From a virus (Duplodnaviria > Caudoviricetes): a DNA stretch of 64,000 nucleotides. The position numbers and the translations under genes were made by a program. Below, one piece after another: positions 54,585-64,000 of the stretch (its first letter is position 1; each line of letters starts with the position of its first letter). The DNA lies in IMG/VR virus record IMGVR_UViG_3300048592_000967, positions 1,065 through 65,064 of that record. One strand, 5' to 3'. Below the pieces are notes generated by a model. The model did no database searches, was not told where the DNA came from, and saw only the letters and a list, made by a program, of their open reading frames with translations.

Positions 54585-57500
54585 ATGGCTGTTGTGCCAG
54601 TAATTTTGAAACTGCTCGCCCAGAAGGCGCCGGGACTAACCTCGGCGCTCTCTGAGGTGCGCAAGGATTTCGGGGACCTCGCCTCCCTGGTCGACACCGT
54701 CAAACTCAAGGCCGCGGGATTCACCCTGGCCACCACGGTGGGCATCGCCTCACTGGGTGGCCAGGTCGTGAAGCAGGCCGGCGAATTCGAGCAACTTCAG
54801 GCGCGAATGCTCTCGGTGGCCAAAACCGCCGAGGGCGCCTCAGCAGCTTTCCAAAACGCGCTGGAACTGGCATCAAACAGCCCGTTCGACGTAAAGGGCG
54901 TGGTTGCAGCTACCGTCCAACTCGAGGCATTCGGCCAGCGCTCCAAAGAGTTGCTGCCCTTGGTGGGCAACCTGGCCGCTGCGTTCGGAAAGCCGATCGA
55001 GGAGGGCGCTCAGGTCCTCGGCAAGGCATTCAGCGGCAGCCTCGAGGGCTTCGAGTCGCTACGGAACACCTACGGTATCTCTACGGCCCTGCTGGTGCGC
55101 TACGGTGCCACGATGGCCAAAACAGGGGGCATTGCCGTCTCGACGGCGACGGACCTCCAGAAGGCCCGACAAGCGCTTACCCAGATCATCCAGACCCGCT
55201 ACGGCGACGCCATGGAGCGACAGAGCCGGACTCTATTCGGGGCGTTTTCCAACTTGGAGGACGCCGTCTCGCGTTTCGCAGCAGCGTTCGGGACCGCGTT
55301 GATCCCGCTCGCGACGACCATCACCAGGGCTCTGACCGCGGTCGTTGAGAGTTTCGAGCAAATCCCGGCACCGTTCCGAACGCTGATTGCACTCGGTGGA
55401 GTCGCCACGGTGACGATCGGCGCTCTGGCTACGGCAGTGCTCGGTGTCGTCGGCCTGGTCGGAAACGCAATTCCCCCGCTCGTGTCCATGGGCAGGGCGA
55501 TGGGCATCCTGGGGGGCACCTCCGCGGCTACAGCTGGAGAGGTCACGGTGACAGTCCTTGCAACCGAGCGCATGGGCGTGGCTAACGCGGCGGCCTCCGA
55601 GACGGTGGTGAACTTGGCTCGAGTCGTCACCGGGGCCGGGATTGTCCAGCAGGCTTTCAATGCCGAGCTAACCTACACGTCGCGCGCCCTGACCGGCCTT
55701 ACCGGACAACTGCCGGCTCTGACCGCCGAGGTCGCACTCTACCGGCAGGTGACCTCCGGGGCCTCCATCGGCACGGCTCAACTGGCCCTGGGGGCGGGCA
55801 AGGCCGGCCCTCAGTTGGCACTGGCTACGGCCGGCGTCCAAAACCTGGCGGTGGCCACCCCGCAGGCCTCGACCGGCCTGGCCAACCTGGCCGCGAGAAC
55901 CGATGCTGCTACACGAGCGGGCGGCGTGTTTGCTGGCCTGGGTCTGGGCCCAGTCTTGCTGGGGATCGGCGCCGTCGCCGGCGGAGCCACGTTGGCGCTG
56001 GCCAACATGCACAACCAGAACGAGCGACTTAACCAGTCCGTGGAGCAGTCAGCACGAATCTTCCAGGATGCGGTTCGGGGTTTGCGACAGATGCAGAGTT
56101 TCATCGAACAGCTCACCGGTAAGCAGGCCGGTTACGTTCGAGGCAATACGACTGCTGCAGAGGCCGTGGCGGCGTTTAAGGAGCAACTCAACGAGATCAG
56201 TCCAGCTGAGCTGCTGGATAGGCTCGAGAAGGCCGGGAAGTCAATCCAAGACTTGCGGGACGAACTCAAGCTTGGAACTGAGGTGGCCAATAAGCAGGCC
56301 GCTGAGATTGCGAGAATCGAAGAGGAACAATCGCGACTCAACAAGACGATTGAGCTTTACAAGGCGCTGATGAAGTCGGGATTCAGCGACCAGGTCAACA
56401 CTCAGGAACTGGATGAAGCGGGCTCGCAGCTCGAGATAAACCAGGAGCGGCTTGATACCCTCAGGAGCAGCTTTCAAAGAACCAGCAAGGAGAACTCCTT
56501 GAAGGAAGAGCTGATCCCTCGTCTTGAGGCGACCTCGAAGGCCTTTGAAGCGGCAAGCGAGCATACCCAGCAGTTCAGCGCATACCTCAGTAGTGTCGGA
56601 CGGACCGACTCAATCCCCCAGGTGAACCGAGCAATCGAGCTGACGAACCAAAGGCTGCAGCAAGTCCGAAAGGACCTCGAGGGCCAGGGCTTACCCTTGA
56701 ACAACTTGGTGGCCCTCAGGGAACGTCTGCTCAACGCAAACCCGAAGGAGCAGCAGGCGATCAACGACCTACTGAAACTCGAAGATGCCCGGGTTGACTT
56801 GGTCAAAAAGCGGGAAGACCTGGAGCAGGCCGGCGTTCGTGAGAAAATCCGACAGGCCGACCTGGCCATCGAGCGCGAGAACGTCCGCCTGGGCGAGAGC
56901 CTGACGCGCGAGCGGGAGCGAGTCGCAGCCCAACTGAACCTCGTCCGGAGCGGCAGCGAGGAAGAGCTCAGCATTCGCAAACGTCTGGCCAGCCTCGATG
57001 ATCGCATTCGCACTGACAAAGTCACGAAAGCTCGAGACGCCTTTGAGACCGAGCAGGGCGCCTTGCGCGATGGGCTCGACGCTTTGCGGGGCTCGGGTGA
57101 GGCCAGCGCTGAGGAGATTGCCGGGGCCATCGAGCAGATCATCCTCAAAACGGAGGCTTGGCAGGCGGCTAACAAGGGCATCCTTGCTCAGTCGCCAGAC
57201 CTGACCCAAAGCGTCTCAGGGGCCCTGCGAGGGCTGCGCAGGGACCTGGATTCAGCTACCCGGGCCATTCCGAAGGAAAGAGTCGATGAAGCGCTGGCGG
57301 CGGCCAAAGAACTCGGAACCGAGGCCATCAACGCCGAGCAGAAGCTGGCGGCGGCCACGAAGGGTATCGAGCAACTACGGGCCCTCCAGGCATCGGGAGA
57401 GATTACCACTACCCGAGAGCGAGCAAGGCTGCAGTCTGAAATCAACAAGCTGACCAACGAGGAGCTCAAGTTGCGGACCGAAGTCGCTAAAGAGGAGCGG

Positions 57501-58265
57501 GCTCAGGCGAGGGAAACGGACGCGCTTCGCCGCGGTGGGCTCGAGACCGAGCTGGAGCTGCTCAAGGTCCGCCAGGAGCAATCAGGGCAGGACCTGAGTT
57601 CCCAGATCCGCGACAAAGAGCAGCAGATCCTGGCTGAGAAGCTGCAGGCCATCCGGGAGCAAGAGCAAGCCGAGATCGACTCCGGCGTGAACGCTACTCG
57701 GGCCCGAGAACGGGCGGAGATCCGCATCACCCAACTGAAAAACGAAGAGACTCTGAAGCGCATGCAGGCAGAGTCCGACCTCACCGGCGCCGTCGAATCC
57801 GAAGCCAAAAAGCAAGAGGACATCCGTAAGCGCTATCAAGACCAGCGCCTGGGTGGGCCGAACTCTCCTCTCAAGTCCCTCGCCGAGGTGAGCGAGGAGC
57901 TTCAGATGCTGGGGGCTTTCGATCTGGGCTCCGGCTTTGGGCGCTCTCGCAGCAACGCGAGGCAGTCTCCACCCTCAGGACTGTTCGAAGTCCAGAGGCA
58001 GATCGAGTCTGACATCACCTCCGGGGACCGAGTGGCTGGCCGTGGCCAGCGCGGTCGGTATACCGATGCGATCAACGCAGCCGAAAGGACCCCCACTTTC
58101 GTGGCCCCGGACGGCCCGGGAACGCCGGCCGCCGGCACAGTGAACAACTACTACGTGAGCTTGCAAAACCGAGCCCTTGACGTCAACGACCCCGCCAGCC
58201 AGCAAGCGGTTAAGCAACTGGTTGGGCAGTTCATCACCGAAGCTCAGCATCGGGGTGTGGCATGA
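54585..58265 (+). CDS. Tape measure protein (satellite context)
   Basis: 1226 aa, 3 aa differences from 37663-41343; different upstream leader. Confidence 0.92.
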   Translation: MAVVPVILKLLAQKAPGLTSALSEVRKDFGDLASLVDTVKLKAAGFTLATTVGIASLGGQVVKQAGEFEQLQARMLSVAKTAEGASAAFQNALELASNSPFDVKGVVAATVQLEAFGQRSKELLPLVGNLAAAFGKPIEEGAQVLGKAFSGSLEGFESLRNTYGISTALLVRYGATMAKTGGIAVSTATDLQKARQALTQIIQTRYGDAMERQSRTLFGAFSNLEDAVSRFAAAFGTALIPLATTITRALTAVVESFEQIPAPFRTLIALGGVATVTIGALATAVLGVVGLVGNAIPPLVSMGRAMGILGGTSAATAGEVTVTVLATERMGVANAAASETVVNLARVVTGAGIVQQAFNAELTYTSRALTGLTGQLPALTAEVALYRQVTSGASIGTAQLALGAGKAGPQLALATAGVQNLAVATPQASTGLANLAARTDAATRAGGVFAGLGLGPVLLGIGAVAGGATLALANMHNQNERLNQSVEQSARIFQDAVRGLRQMQSFIEQLTGKQAGYVRGNTTAAEAVAAFKEQLNEISPAELLDRLEKAGKSIQDLRDELKLGTEVANKQAAEIARIEEEQSRLNKTIELYKALMKSGFSDQVNTQELDEAGSQLEINQERLDTLRSSFQRTSKENSLKEELIPRLEATSKAFEAASEHTQQFSAYLSSVGRTDSIPQVNRAIELTNQRLQQVRKDLEGQGLPLNNLVALRERLLNANPKEQQAINDLLKLEDARVDLVKKREDLEQAGVREKIRQADLAIERENVRLGESLTRERERVAAQLNLVRSGSEEELSIRKRLASLDDRIRTDKVTKARDAFETEQGALRDGLDALRGSGEASAEEIAGAIEQIILKTEAWQAANKGILAQSPDLTQSVSGALRGLRRDLDSATRAIPKERVDEALAAAKELGTEAINAEQKLAAATKGIEQLRALQASGEITTTRERARLQSEINKLTNEELKLRTEVAKEERAQARETDALRRGGLETELELLKVRQEQSGQDLSSQIRDKEQQILAEKLQAIREQEQAEIDSGVNATRARERAEIRITQLKNEETLKRMQAESDLTGAVESEAKKQEDIRKRYQDQRLGGPNSPLKSLAEVSEELQMLGAFDLGSGFGRSRSNARQSPPSGLFEVQRQIESDITSGDRVAGRGQRGRYTDAINAAERTPTFVAPDGPGTPAAGTVNNYYVSLQNRALDVNDPASQQAVKQLVGQFITEAQHRGVA

Positions 58266-58690
58266 ACAACAGCAACAGCAAAGGAGCAACCATGAACTCT
58301 GATGACCCATCGCGGATTCTGGACGAATACTACCGGGGCGGCCTGCTGGCATCGCCACCTTCAGAGCGACTCCGTGAAGCCTGTCGACGCTACGTCAGCC
58401 GATATGAGCTTCACGAGGAACTTGCTGCTTCCACGGAGGCCTGCAAGGGCGAGGCATTGATAGAGATGAGGATGGAAGGCGTACTGGCGCTTTGCGCCGA
58501 CACACCGCGGCTGCTGGGGGCTCATTCGACCTACATGGCTCTCCTGTGTCAGGCGTTTGCCGAAGGCGCCGTGGTCAATACGCTCCGGCGACTTGGGATG
58601 GAGGTCCCCCCGCTTGGCCCCTCTGACTTTCATACTTTTCAGGACTTTCTAGACGGTGTACAGGGGTCGCCGCCGCCAGGTCAGGACTGA
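58262..58690 (+). CDS. Repeat copy of 41340-41768
   Basis: Identical translation. Confidence 0.65.
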   Translation: MNNSNSKGATMNSDDPSRILDEYYRGGLLASPPSERLREACRRYVSRYELHEELAASTEACKGEALIEMRMEGVLALCADTPRLLGAHSTYMALLCQAFAEGAVVNTLRRLGMEVPPLGPSDFHTFQDFLDGVQGSPPPGQD

Positions 58691-58700
58691 AAGGCTGTGC

Positions 58701-58928
58701 TCAGAATGGTCGCCCGCATTTTTCGCAAACACTTGAAGCACTGATAGGCGCAGGGCCAGTGAACAGGCCTTTCTTGATCAGTCGGGGATGCGGGCCGCAG
58801 TAGAAACCCTCCTGAAGGAGAATGTTGTGGCCTGAATGGCCTTCGTAGAGGAAGTTAAGCACTTCTCGTTTCTCTTGGGACGAGAGGGTCTCGAACCAAA
58901 CTGTGAGGTTCTTTACGGCAGTTGACAT
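58701..58928 (-). CDS. Repeat copy of the small CxxCG protein
   Basis: Identical translation. Confidence 0.7.
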   Translation of the reverse strand: MSTAVKNLTVWFETLSSQEKREVLNFLYEGHSGHNILLQEGFYCGPHPRLIKKGLFTGPAPISASSVCEKCGRPF

Positions 58929-58941
58929 TCGGATTAGCTCC

Positions 58942-59541
58942 TTACTGGTCTGGGTCTTTTGGTGCGATAACTGCGGGACTACCACCGCAGAGTTGACAAG
59001 GTCCGGGTGTGAAACTCCAAGGGCTAGCGTTACATTTTGGGCAGACGGCTTCTTCGCCGGTCGGGGATTCTTTAGTAGCCTGTCTGTAGGCCTCTTGTCT
59101 AAGAGTTTCTTTGACTACCGACAGCGCCGCGCGGTCGGCTTCTTGAAGGTCGGCAGCCCTGCGCATGAAAGCGTCAAACTCAGGGTCACTTATGTCGGAA
59201 CGCCTCAACAAAGCCTGGATTTCTGTTGCCAACTGGACATTCTTGCCCATTCCCAGGCGGTGGGCTTCAGCTGACTCTTGCCATTTAGTGTAAAACTTGA
59301 CGACGGTTAGGACCAATACAAGCGCTGCTATAACCTCCCAGATCTTGTCTGCTACTGGTCTCCAAGATTCCGGGAACAGCTCCCGCACGGGCAAGGATAA
59401 AACAGCCAGGAGAAGCGCCAGGAAATCGAAGATCGCCAACCATCTGCGACATTTTGCACCCAGCTTTTCGTGCAAATGGCGAGCGCTTATGGCGTTGGTA
59501 TGCTCTTGTAGAAGCAGACTCTGTTGAGTTTCTGAAGGCAC
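58942..59541 (-). CDS. Repeat copy of the CxxCx(11)CxxC membrane protein
   Basis: Identical translation. Confidence 0.8.
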   Translation of the reverse strand: MPSETQQSLLLQEHTNAISARHLHEKLGAKCRRWLAIFDFLALLLAVLSLPVRELFPESWRPVADKIWEVIAALVLVLTVVKFYTKWQESAEAHRLGMGKNVQLATEIQALLRRSDISDPEFDAFMRRAADLQEADRAALSVVKETLRQEAYRQATKESPTGEEAVCPKCNASPWSFTPGPCQLCGGSPAVIAPKDPDQ

Positions 59542-59549
59542 GAGTTGAA

Positions 59550-59900
59550 CTACTCCATCCTGTCCGCAAGGGAAGCTTCTAGCAGCGCTGCAGCTTCTCG
59601 CAGTCTTTTGGCTACGTCCGCCGCCCGAGCCTCTGCCTCCGAATTGGGCCCCTGGCCTTTGCGCCAATCGGGCGCCGGGCGGGGGTCGTCAGTTTCGCCC
59701 ATCAGGTAGGAAACCGAGGTCCTCAGCACGCGACAGACCAGGAGCAGTGTCTCATCCTCGGGCTTGTTCCGCCCACTCTCCCAGTTGTATACCGTCGTTC
59801 GAGCTTGCCCCAGTTGCCTTGCGAATTCGGCCTGGCTGAGACCTCTGAGCGTTCTGAGTTCGACCATCCGGCGGGCTATCGTTTCTCTGACGGGTGTCAC
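59550..59900 (-). CDS. Repeat copy of the satellite repressor
   Basis: Identical translation. Confidence 0.88.
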   Translation of the reverse strand: MTPVRETIARRMVELRTLRGLSQAEFARQLGQARTTVYNWESGRNKPEDETLLLVCRVLRTSVSYLMGETDDPRPAPDWRKGQGPNSEAEARAADVAKRLREAAALLEASLADRME

Positions 59901-59964
59901 CCGGCCATCATACTTGTTCCCAATCTGTTGACAACTGCCCCATAATGAGTAGAATGTCCACAGA

Positions 59965-60177
59965 ATGAGAACACTCGCCAAGCAACTATCAGACATCCGC
60001 ACCGCCAAGGGCCTGTCCCAGGCCGCCCTGGCTCGCTTGCTCGGGGTAAGCCGTTCGGCCGTCCATAACTGGGAAGCTGGCCACCGGACACCAACGCTCG
60101 AGCAGACTTGCGCCCTGGCCACGGCCTTGGAATGCACCGTCGACCAGCTGGTTCGACCGATCGGGGCCGTGTCTTGA
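59965..60177 (+). CDS. Repeat copy of the Cro-like protein
   Basis: Identical translation. Confidence 0.9.
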   Translation: MRTLAKQLSDIRTAKGLSQAALARLLGVSRSAVHNWEAGHRTPTLEQTCALATALECTVDQLVRPIGAVS

Positions 60178-60593
60178 GCCCGCTACCAAGCGCCGATGAG
60201 CTGCTGACCCGGGCCTTCCCACCAGGTCGACCGCCCGCCTCAGAGCCCTACCGGCTTGGAATGCTGGCGGAGTTCCGGGTTCAGACCGGTGAGGCCGTCG
60301 GGGTTCTCTGTCCCTACGACAAGGGCACCGCGGAGGCTGAGGCTTTCGCTGCCGGGGCCCTGGAAGCCGCAGGACTGCGCGAGGGGCCAGGGCCCGACCG
60401 TGGCCCGACTGTCCGCCGGCTGCGCCAGGACCCGGCCGAGTGGGCCCGAGGCTACCGCGACGGATTCGAGGACCGACGAGCCCCCGAGGGCTTTGCATAC
60501 GCCTCGGGCTGGATCGAAGGCGAGGCCGACCGCCTGGCCGGGGCCGCCAACCGATTCACCCCCGACCCATCCAGGCGCCACCCGGCCGAGTAG
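60174..60593 (+). CDS. Repeat copy of 43252-43671
   Basis: Identical translation. Confidence 0.6.
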   Translation: MSPLPSADELLTRAFPPGRPPASEPYRLGMLAEFRVQTGEAVGVLCPYDKGTAEAEAFAAGALEAAGLREGPGPDRGPTVRRLRQDPAEWARGYRDGFEDRRAPEGFAYASGWIEGEADRLAGAANRFTPDPSRRHPAE

Positions 60594-60996
60594 AACCACC
60601 AAACCCCTTCCCCACTGCTGGCCCTCGCTAGGGCTGGCTTTGCCATTCCCAAAACAAAGGAGGAAACGACGATGACTCCCGTTCCACAAACCCCGCTGGG
60701 GACGACAAGCGAACGCTGCATCCAGTTCGCTTGAGCAAGGGATGACTCGAACCGAGACCGTCGCCAAAGTGTCCCCCACGTCCAGACCGTGACTTACAGC
60801 CAGGTGGGCATGGAGCTGCGCTCGAGCGCTTCTTCTGGAGTGACCTGCTAGAACCCAAGATCCTGGAAACACCGCCAACGACCTGGCTTTGCCCATGCCT
60901 TTTGGAAGCTCAGGCTTCCTGTGAAACCAGCGAAAGTAGAGGAAACCGGATGAAGAACCAGCTACGTAAATACCTGAGCCCAGCGGAGGGCCGAGA

Positions 60997-61629
60997 ATGA
61001 TGAACGCACAGCCGAGGGTTTCGAGACAGCGGCCAAAGAACTCGATGGAACCTCGAGTGTCCATCACTACGCAGGACTATCCGGAAGACTGCAGCCGTCT
61101 GCTCACCGCAATGCAGAGGCTCCACCGGAGAGAGTATCGCTCGCCTCTCGAGGCCATCCCAGACTTGATCAGCTTCTTTGGGTTCCGCCTCGGGCGTCGT
61201 ATGTTGCCGCCGCACCAGTGGGCACTGACGGACTTCGGGAAGAAGGAAGTGTGGCTCTGTAGCGAGCTGGCTGCAAAGCTTGAGATCCCGTCAGTAGCCA
61301 GAGAGGTTGAGGCGTTCTCGTTGGCTCACGAGCTGGCTCACGTGCGCCTTCACCAACACCTCGACGAATTCAACGACCTGCATGAGAAGGAGGCCGACGC
61401 TTATGCAGCTTGCTTTCTGATGCCTATCCGCCTTCTGCGCTTGGCGCCGGCGTTCAGCCGATTTCTGAGGGCTGAGACCCAAGGAGCAATGAGTCAGGAG
61501 GTCTCGGCGTTGGCTCAGCGGTTCGGGGTCAGCCGCTCCGCCATGACCTACCGTCTGTGTTCGCTCGGGGTGCTCCGCGTTGTTTCCGGTAGATGGGTGA
61601 AGGTGAGTTCCAAGGAGGTTATGCAATGA
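60997..61629 (+). CDS. Repeat copy of the ImmA/IrrE peptidase
   Basis: Identical translation. Confidence 0.9.
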   Translation: MMNAQPRVSRQRPKNSMEPRVSITTQDYPEDCSRLLTAMQRLHRREYRSPLEAIPDLISFFGFRLGRRMLPPHQWALTDFGKKEVWLCSELAAKLEIPSVAREVEAFSLAHELAHVRLHQHLDEFNDLHEKEADAYAACFLMPIRLLRLAPAFSRFLRAETQGAMSQEVSALAQRFGVSRSAMTYRLCSLGVLRVVSGRWVKVSSKEVMQ

Positions 61630-61919
61630 AGAAGATTACAAAACCGAACGCACGGCGCGCAAAGGCCGCGGAAGAGTGGCAGTTTGAGGTCAAGCTCATT
61701 ACCCCCACGCCCGAGAAGGAAAAGCAAATCATTCAGGCCCTGGTCAAGTTCATGGCCCCCGGCATCGCTGCCATCGCCAGAGAGCGGGGCCTGACCAATG
61801 CCCTTCCCCCCGAGGAGTTCGCTCGACGTCACAAGCTGATGGTCGACTACTACATGGCCAACCCACAGGCCACCTCCGTTCCTCCAGAGTTGCTGGCTGT
61901 TCCAGTCCAACCGGACTGA
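61626..61919 (+). CDS. Repeat copy of the shared early gene
   Basis: Identical translation. Confidence 0.8.
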   Translation: MKKITKPNARRAKAAEEWQFEVKLITPTPEKEKQIIQALVKFMAPGIAAIARERGLTNALPPEEFARRHKLMVDYYMANPQATSVPPELLAVPVQPD

Positions 61920-62318
61920 GTGTTCGCTCAGCCTCGACACTCCGTGAAGCGTGACAACCCTGTGACAGCCGTGACAGGTTGCCCCCTCGGGCTGTCACTC
62001 TGAAAACGGCTTAAAATCGGGGTTTGTGACAGCGTGACAGCTGTGACAAGTTTTTGACCCCATCTTCTGGGTGTCGCGTTTCTCGTTTTTTCACCGGCTG
62101 GGTCACCGAGAGGGGCTCAAGCGAGAAAGCTGGAAACCGGGCTCACTCGGAAAAGAAAACAGCCCCCGCTGATGTTTGGCCACACACGGGAGCTGCCTAT
62201 CGTTCCAGTCTTTGACAACTGAATGCCCTGGGCCGGCTTTGGGAACCGTGCCCTGGGACCAGACTTCCCCGGCTTGGAGTTCTGACCTCCTGGCCGGGGT
62301 TGTCTGTTGTGTTTGGTT

Positions 62319-62596
62319 CTGTCGGTGATCACCAGGTGATCAGAGTCGATTTCTCGAGCCGTGCCTTAGAACCGTCGGTCACCTTCAAACGGCTTGAAAC
62401 CGTCGATTGTGACTGGCAGGAGTGACAGGATTCGAACCCGCGACCTACGGTTTTGGAGAGTTACTTCCCCCCGTTTGGGTCTGTTCCGATGGGTCGGATT
62501 GGGTCGGAGAAATGGCTTCAAATCGGGGTTCTGAGAAGGCTCGAGTCAGACCGTGTTCCGGGCAGTTTGGAACTGTCGGTGATCAGGAGGTGATCA
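62319..62596. other. Repeat copy of attP (core 62414-62459)
   Basis: Same sequence at +16922. Confidence 0.85.
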
Positions 62597-62616
62597 AGCC
62601 CTGGCAGAACCGTAGG

Positions 62617-63831
62617 TCACAGACCCGGGCTCTCTGCTCTCCGGCGGAGGGGAACCACCGTGCCCCGTTCGGCCGGCTCTGCACCCAGCGCAGGGGCCGC
62701 CTCGAGCATGTCCGCCAACTTGGCTGCAGCGCCGGCCTGCATGGTGGGCAGGACGTGGGAATAGGTGTCGAGGGTGATGCTGATGCTCGAATGACCGAGT
62801 CGCTCACTGACCACCTTGGGATGTTCGCCCGCCAGGAGCAGCAGCGTTGCGCAGGTATGGCGCAGGTCATAAAGCCGGAAGCTGCTGGACAGGCCGGCTC
62901 GCTCAAGGGCAGGCTTGAAGGCCCTCTTGGTTAGATTGCCTTCAAACACGGGCCCGCCGCTCTCGTTCGCAAAAACGAAATCCCACTGGCTCTGCCACTT
63001 GTCGCCGGCAAAGAGCCGCTCCGGGACCTGCTGGACCCGGTGGGCCCTGAGTTCCTCCACGTCTCGAGCGTGGAGAGCCACGGTTCGCCTCGAGCCAGAC
63101 GTCTTTGGTTCCTCAAACTTCCACCCGCCGCCCTTCGGTCGAACCAGGACCTGAGTTACCCGGACGAGTCCGCGCTCAAGGTCCACTTCAGGCCACTGCA
63201 GCCCGAGGTATTCCTCGGGCCGCATACCGGTTCTCAGAGCAAAGCTGAGCAATGGACCCCAGCGCTGGCCCTCGACAGCCTTCAGAAACGCCTTGGCCTG
63301 CTCCAGGGTCATCGCCCGAAGGACCTTCTTCCCTCGGTTGGCGGGCAGATTCACGTCGGCCGCGGGGTTGTGTCCCAGCATCCGCCACTTTACGCCCTGC
63401 TTCAGGGCCTGGTTCAGCACAGTGTGAAGCCGGCGGATAGTGAGCGGGGAGAGCCCCCGGTCGAGCATCCTGGAATAGAGGCCTTGGATGTGGATCACGT
63501 TCAACTTGTCGAGGGGGAGCCGCCCGATCTTGTCCTCCTTCACATAGCGTTCCCAGACCCCGGTATAGTCCTCGTGGGTCCGCCCCCGAATGCTACCCCT
63601 GGCCGAAGCCAGCCACTGTTCGAGCAGCTGGTTGACGGAGCCCGAGGAGCGAGCAACCAGCTGGCCGCGTTCGTAGGTGCCGACCAGGGCCCGGAGCCGC
63701 ACTTCCGCCTCCTTCTTGGTGCCATGGACGGTCTCGGTATGGTAGAGGCGCTTCCCGGTCACCGCGTCCTTACCCAGGGATAAGCGGAGAAGGTAGGTCT
63801 TGTCGCCGCGCTTGATGATGGAGCCGGTCAT
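62617..63831 (-). CDS. int: Repeat copy of the tyrosine integrase
   Basis: Identical translation. Confidence 0.96.
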   Translation of the reverse strand: MTGSIIKRGDKTYLLRLSLGKDAVTGKRLYHTETVHGTKKEAEVRLRALVGTYERGQLVARSSGSVNQLLEQWLASARGSIRGRTHEDYTGVWERYVKEDKIGRLPLDKLNVIHIQGLYSRMLDRGLSPLTIRRLHTVLNQALKQGVKWRMLGHNPAADVNLPANRGKKVLRAMTLEQAKAFLKAVEGQRWGPLLSFALRTGMRPEEYLGLQWPEVDLERGLVRVTQVLVRPKGGGWKFEEPKTSGSRRTVALHARDVEELRAHRVQQVPERLFAGDKWQSQWDFVFANESGGPVFEGNLTKRAFKPALERAGLSSSFRLYDLRHTCATLLLLAGEHPKVVSERLGHSSISITLDTYSHVLPTMQAGAAAKLADMLEAAPALGAEPAERGTVVPLRRRAESPGL

Positions 63832-64000
63832 TCTTGCGCCGCTTTGCGAGCTGGTTGCTGCTGTCTGACACCAGTCAGAGAAACGATAGCCCGCCGGATG
63901 GTCGAACTCAGAACGCTCAGAGGTCTCAGCCAGGCCGAATTCGCAAGGCAACTGGGGCAAGCTCGAACGACGGTATACAACTGGGAGAGTGGGCGGAACA

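Larger units (their letters stand above)
41344..58265. mobile_element. 16,922-bp phage satellite (P4/PICI-like) carrying its own tape measure gene; one full unit, circularly permuted
   Basis: Tyrosine integrase + attP, Xis, primase-helicase and iterons; no capsid/portal/terminase; several segments homologous to the adjacent phage; unit length taken from the repeat offset. Confidence 0.85.
54585..64000 (+). repeat. Direct repeat copy 2 (runs off window end)
   Basis: Same TMP-to-integrase gene series as 37663-47078. Confidence 0.97.

Noticed and set aside
54585-64000. Purely artefactual contig-end duplication of one phage genome
   Set aside because: The TMP 5' ends and upstream contexts differ, and the intervening DNA is a coherent separate replicon; only the junction itself may be artefactual

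Overview
GC-rich phage DNA made of two elements, with no host genes. (1) Positions 1-~41343 hold a temperate long-tailed phage with no sheath gene. It runs from lysis genes through a large serine recombinase, ImmA/IrrE-like protease, accessory lipoproteins, a multi-HTH cI/cro switch, recombination/replication genes, two DNA methyltransferases, a DHH phosphoesterase, a GT2-TPR glycosyltransferase and a terminase pair inverted relative to the head genes. It continues with a Mu-like portal and protease-scaffold, a decoration protein with a (GPT)6 tail, major capsid, neck, tail tube, a frameshifted tail chaperone and the tape measure protein (TMP). (2) After the TMP the sequence enters a 16,922-bp unit (41344-58265), and 37663-47078 recurs at 54585-64000. 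The unit looks like a P4/PICI-type phage satellite: tyrosine integrase, attP with a tRNA-Trp 3' core, Xis, primase-helicase, iterons, and no capsid, portal or terminase. It carries parts that match the neighbouring phage: its own full-length TMP, a 69-bp exact copy of the phage's terS-upstream region (putative packaging site), a protease-less mini-scaffold with three copies of the phage scaffold's C-terminal motif, an ImmA/IrrE homologue, a near-identical early gene and the same AACGGGG hairpins before structural genes. The phage-to-satellite junction lies inside the shared TMP, so it may be an assembly path or a real recombinant. All product calls come from motif recognition, not database searches.
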